From Candidatus Nanopelagicales bacterium (GTDB taxonomy: Bacteria > Actinomycetota > Actinomycetes > S36-B12): a stretch of DNA of 64,000 nt. Shown in pieces: positions 59,857 to 64,000 of this stretch (its first letter is position 1; each line of letters starts with the position of its first letter). Made by a program: the position numbers and the translations under genes. The stretch spans positions 346,561 through 410,560 of the forward strand of contig JAGYJJ010000005.1 in assembly GCA_018402235.1 (NCBI GenBank). Reading direction: 5' to 3'. Under the pieces are notes generated by a model. It was not told the origin of the DNA and did no database searches. It saw only the letters and a program-made list of their open reading frames with translations.

Positions 59857-62304
59857 GTGCGCGGCAAACCCCTGACCGGCCTGTCCATCGCCGCCATCGC
59901 CGCACTTGTGGCCGGCCTCCTGACCACGCCGATCACTGCGCAACTCACGCCCGCCGCGGCCAGCGACCAATCCGTATTCACCGGCCCGGCCTACCCCACG
60001 GCCCAATGCACCGCACTTTCGAATGGAACGGCCTTGGGAATCGTGCCCCAGCAGTGGAATTCGGGGGTCGGTCTTCCCCTTTCCCCTTCTGGTACTCCCG
60101 CGGCGCAGCGAATCGTGATCCCGGAGTTCGATCAAGTGCCGAGCATGGCCGCGGTCAACGCGCTCTTGCGCCAGTGCGGCCTACTTGAGACCACCGACAC
60201 CAACTACGCACTTGATCAAACAACGCTACCCACGTCCGACGGCTGGACCACCCCCGCGACTGGCGTTGGGGCCGAGGCCACACTCGACGCAACGATTGCT
60301 TACGCGGCACTGCCCCCTAGTGCAACGGTCACCATCGCCAACACCGATGCCGCCGATGGCTGGTACGGCTTCTTCGTCAATGCCGCGCAAGCGTGCGGTG
60401 TTGATTTCGCCACGGCGCCCACCCCATCTGATACTGCGGGGACCGTTCCTGCGATGAGCAAGGGGATCAACTATCCAGCTGGTGGTTGCATCATTTCGGC
60501 AAGTTGGGGCGGCAACGAGCAGACACAATTTGCATCTGGCTCTCTGGCGAATACTCAAGCCGCGAACACCGTCATTGAACGCCTCGCTGATCTGGGCGTG
60601 ATGCTGTTCGTCTCGGCTGGCGATGAAGGCGCGGGTGGTTGCTGGGCCGGGGCCAACGGACGAGCGCTTTCAGGTGTTGCGCTCAACACACCAGACAATT
60701 CGCAGACCGTCGACGGCATCACCTTCTTCACCGGCACCGCAACAATCACCACTCCGGTCGACCATGGCTACGACCCCAACGACATCATCATCATCAACCA
60801 ACTCAGCGGCCCACCGAATATCGGTCTGCTCTCTGGCATCTTCGAGGTGGTGAGCGCACCCACCACAACCACCTTCACCATCGAGCAGGCGCTGGGCCAG
60901 CGCATCCAGATCACCCAAAGTGAGGCCGTTGGCTGGGTATCCACTCGCACCGAGACAAATTTCGGTTTCACGTTTAATCCGACTTTCGAATCCACTCCCG
61001 GCATCAACTTCCTGTTGCAAACCGGCGCAAAGATTCCGTCCTATCCGGCTACCCACCCGGACGTTGTTGCCGTCGGCGGTACGCAATGGTTGCCACAGGC
61101 AGACACGCTCGAGTTCGATCCGTTCACGATTCCTTACACGCCCGGGCGCCCGTATTCGGAGTTCGTGTGGAAGGACAGCAACGCCAACCCCAACTGCTCG
61201 AACGCACCGCAGACATCAGTCCTCGGTCAAGAGGGCACAGGTGGTGGTGTCAGCGAGCAGTTCGCTATGCCGGACTACCAACGGGCGAAAGCCGAAGCCA
61301 CGTACGGCAGCCTAGGCAGTAGCGCCAAGCGGATGATGCCGGACATCGCCGCTCTCGCCGGTTGGCCGATGTACGCGATCGGCAACCCCGATGCTCCCGA
61401 GGGTCTGTACTGCCCGACCGGCAACGATCCAGAAGACTTCCCGTGTGCTGATCCGGATGACTTTCCGTGGTTCCCGGTCGTGGGCACCAGCGCTGCGGCT
61501 CCCTTGAGCGCCATTGGCTTCGCGAACGTGAACGCAGTTCTCACCGCGCGCGGGTTCGCACCCATCACCAAGAGCGGTACCAACGACGTTCACGAACTCA
61601 TCTATGCCGCCGCCAATGCCTCTGCATTTAACGACGTTCCGCAATATCGGGGGGCGACGTCGTCGGGCAACAACGATCTGTTCGGTGCAATCGACGGGGT
61701 GTCAATGGGCTATGCGGCTCTTGACGGCTTCGACATGACCACCGGCGTGGGCGTGCCGAACTTCACCACCCTCGCCAACCTGCTGATTGCACGCAACACA
61801 CCGGTGAACCCACCAGCGCCCGCACCGCAACCGACAACTGCACCCACCGCTGCACCTACCCCGGAACCAACGCCCGCGCCCACCACAACTCCCGCACCGA
61901 ATCCGCTCACAGACGTCATCGCCAATCCCGGAGCCGTCACGGCGGGTGCGCTGAACTCCCTCACCCCAGCGCAAGTAGCCGCGATCCCGCCGGCAACCTT
62001 CGGTCAATTGCCGCCGCGAACATTCCGCGGCCTCACCGCCGACCAAGCGCGCGCACTGTCACCTGCGCAGGTGTCCGCGATCCGTCCCGCACGCGCGAAA
62101 AAGATCCGTCCCGCAGTGTTGCGCTCGCTTACTCCCGCGCAGATCAAGACGCTGCGCCCGAAGTCGATCCGCGCGCTGCGTCCCAACCAGGTGCGCCTGC
62201 TTCGCCCGCTGCAGCTGCGCGCGCTCACACCCAAGCAGGAGAAGCAGATCCGCCCCAAACAGCGCCGGGCGATGACACCGGCGCAACTGCGCGCTCTGCG
62301 GTAG
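59857..62304 (+). CDS. Secreted S53 (sedolisin-like) serine peptidase with an inserted domain and C-terminal repeats
   Basis: EATLD, IISASWG, SAGDEG, YPA.HP.V.AVGGT, GTGGGVS, PDIAA, GTSAAAP, FDMTTGVGVP. Confidence 0.85.
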   Translation: MRGKPLTGLSIAAIAALVAGLLTTPITAQLTPAAASDQSVFTGPAYPTAQCTALSNGTALGIVPQQWNSGVGLPLSPSGTPAAQRIVIPEFDQVPSMAAVNALLRQCGLLETTDTNYALDQTTLPTSDGWTTPATGVGAEATLDATIAYAALPPSATVTIANTDAADGWYGFFVNAAQACGVDFATAPTPSDTAGTVPAMSKGINYPAGGCIISASWGGNEQTQFASGSLANTQAANTVIERLADLGVMLFVSAGDEGAGGCWAGANGRALSGVALNTPDNSQTVDGITFFTGTATITTPVDHGYDPNDIIIINQLSGPPNIGLLSGIFEVVSAPTTTTFTIEQALGQRIQITQSEAVGWVSTRTETNFGFTFNPTFESTPGINFLLQTGAKIPSYPATHPDVVAVGGTQWLPQADTLEFDPFTIPYTPGRPYSEFVWKDSNANPNCSNAPQTSVLGQEGTGGGVSEQFAMPDYQRAKAEATYGSLGSSAKRMMPDIAALAGWPMYAIGNPDAPEGLYCPTGNDPEDFPCADPDDFPWFPVVGTSAAAPLSAIGFANVNAVLTARGFAPITKSGTNDVHELIYAAANASAFNDVPQYRGATSSGNNDLFGAIDGVSMGYAALDGFDMTTGVGVPNFTTLANLLIARNTPVNPPAPAPQPTTAPTAAPTPEPTPAPTTTPAPNPLTDVIANPGAVTAGALNSLTPAQVAAIPPATFGQLPPRTFRGLTADQARALSPAQVSAIRPARAKKIRPAVLRSLTPAQIKTLRPKSIRALRPNQVRLLRPLQLRALTPKQEKQIRPKQRRAMTPAQLRALR

Positions 62305-62308
62305 TTGC

Positions 62309-62344
62309 GCCGGACCAGCCGATGTTGAGATCGTGGACTCCCAC
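62309..62344 (+). pseudogene. 3' remnant of a higB toxin gene
   Basis: Reads AGPADVEIVDSH, matching the typical HigB C-terminus (..VEIVDYH), directly upstream of higA. Confidence 0.6.
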
Positions 62345-62355
62345 GAGGAGTTGAT

Positions 62356-62649
62356 ATGGCAAAGAAGTTGGATCCCGTCACACCGGGGGAGATCCTTGCG
62401 GAGGATTTCCTCGCACCGATGGGTATCACCAAGTACCGACTGGCGAAGGAGATCGACGTTCCACCGCAGCGAATCGGCGACATCGTGGCGGGGAAACGAT
62501 CGATTACCGCCGACACCGATCTGCGGCTATGCACGTTCTTCGGCTTGACCGAGGGCTACTGGCTTCGTGCACAAGTGGCGCACGACATCGAGGTGGCAAA
62601 GCGCGACCTCAAGCCGCAATTGGCGCGCATCCAGCCGTGGTCCGCCTAG
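62356..62649 (+). CDS. higA: HigA family antitoxin
   Basis: PGEIL.EDFL.PMGIT.YRLAK, RI..IV.GKRSITADT.LRL..FFG....YWL..Q. Confidence 0.93.
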   Translation: MAKKLDPVTPGEILAEDFLAPMGITKYRLAKEIDVPPQRIGDIVAGKRSITADTDLRLCTFFGLTEGYWLRAQVAHDIEVAKRDLKPQLARIQPWSA

Positions 62650-64000
62650 CCGAACAACACACCCGGATTCATCAACCCCTGCGGATCCCACGCATTCTTG
62701 ATCGCGCGCATCGCCGCGATCTCCGCTGCGGTGCGCGACAAATCCAAATGCCCGGCTTTCAATCGCCCGATTCCGTGCTCGGCCGAGATCGATCCGCCAT
62801 AGCGCGCCACGCACTCCAACACGGCAACATCCACCGATTCATCGCTCTCGTTGGGCCCGGCGAATTCCACATGCAGATTCCCGTCGGCCACATGACCGAA
62901 GATGCCGAATTCACTCACCGAATCAGCGTCAGTCAACAACGCGTTCAACTCATCCGCGCACGCCGGCAATACCGGCAGCGGCACCGACACATCGAGTTTG
63001 TGGATCACACCCGAGCGTGCCGAACGCTTCAGCTTGCCGCTCGCGGTATTCCCATAGTCGTTCGATTTCGCGCGCATCTAAACCGACAACCACGTCCCGA
63101 TCCTCCAGCACCTCCGGCAACGAAACCATCTCCGCCGCCACCATCGGCCACTTCGAGCAACGCGAACAGCGGCCACTCACCGGCCAGCGGATACGGAAGA
63201 TCACCCACCGCCTGCACCAACCTCATGCCCGTTGCATCAATCACTTCAGCGGCAACAAGCGTGGCCGACGCTGCGGTGTGCGTGATCGTCAGGGCGTCGT
63301 CGTAATTCGGAACATCCGATCAACGCAATCGATGTGCGCCCAGCGGGGCGATGAAGACGCACCCGCACCGCAGTGATGATCGCAAGCGACCCTTCCGACC
63401 CGCATAGCAACTGCGCCAGATCGAAACCCGTGTTGTCCTTCGCCAGGCCAGACATGTGGGAGATCACCGAGCCGTCGGGCAGTACCGCTTCGATGCCGCA
63501 TACCTGCGCGCGCGTCATGCCGTAGGCCAGGACCCGAATGCCGCCGGCGTTGGTGGCAACCGTTCCACCGACCGTCGCGGTATCGCGCGCGGCCAAGTCC
63601 ACGCCGTATTCCCAGCCAGCCAAACGCGCCGCGCGCTGCACATCCCCCAACGTTGCGCCGGCCCCCGCGGACACCTGGCCGGACAACGCATCCACCGGAT
63701 CGATCCAGGACAGCCGCCGCATCGACACGATCACCGGCAATCCCCCACCCCCGCGAACCTCCCCGCCTGAACCATCGAACCTCCCCGGCGCGGGCACCGA
63801 ACCTCCCACCAGCCCGGTGTTCCCTCCCTGCGGTAACACCGGAACGCCAGCAGCCGCGCACGCCCGCATCACTGCAGACACTTCGTCCACCGACCCCGGA
63901 CGCACCACCGCCAGCGCCGGCCCACCGAACCGCCTGGACCAGTCGATGCAATACGGCTCCATCAATTCCGCGGTATCGAGAACCTGGGAATCCCCCACGA
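62646..64000 (-). CDS. FAD-binding oxidoreductase, GlcD/D-2-hydroxyacid dehydrogenase family (5' end outside the window; several frameshifts)
   Basis: PQGGNTGLVGGSVP, GG.VATNAGG, KDNTGFDL, GSEG.L, KLDVSVP, GHVADGNLH, SAEHGIG, DP.G.MNPG. Confidence 0.92.
63754..63810. repeat. Third 22-bp-period array, inside the oxidoreductase CDS
   Basis: CGAACCTCCCCGC (63754), CGAACCTCCCCGG (63776), CGAACCTCCCACC (63798). Confidence 0.8.

Noticed and set aside
7909-64000. Frameshifts in at least 15 genes read as pseudogenes or programmed frameshifting
   Set aside because: They hit essential or conserved genes (serS, rfbD, bpa), often at short base runs, with both halves intact and no in-frame decay; assembly indels are the simplest explanation.

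Overview
High-GC actinobacterial chromosome segment. The backbone is recognisable: pntAB, tRNA-Arg/Ser/Ser, moeA-like gene, K+ channel, quinone reductase, bpa, serS, rfbD/rfbB, pheA, DUF4446, DUF5926 and a glycerophosphodiester phosphodiesterase. At least 15 otherwise intact genes, including serS, carry small frameshifts, so the assembly probably has indel errors; I report these genes as CDSs. Accessory content: an IclR / Fae / beta-hydroxyacid-dehydrogenase module; a DUF5993-DsbB pair; an aldolase-PfkB-DUF1349 operon; a LacI-controlled FrcBCA-type sugar ABC system; several secreted proteins with basic C-termini; a SET-domain gene divergent from bpa; and six small toxin-antitoxin-like inserts (MazEF-like, orphan FitA-like, HicAB, HTH+DUF6036 nucleotidyltransferase, AAA-DUF4143, orphan HigA with a higB scar) plus an lsr2 gene outside its usual context. 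The most unusual non-coding signal is a dispersed repeat family with a strict 22-bp period (13-bp core GCGGGGAGGTTCG plus a variable 9-nt spacer). It occurs at three loci, one of them in-frame inside a gene. There is also a two-copy REP/MITE-like palindrome and many short tandem duplications at gene boundaries. No integrase, transposase, cas gene or rRNA is visible. All family assignments come from motif recognition by eye, not from database searches.
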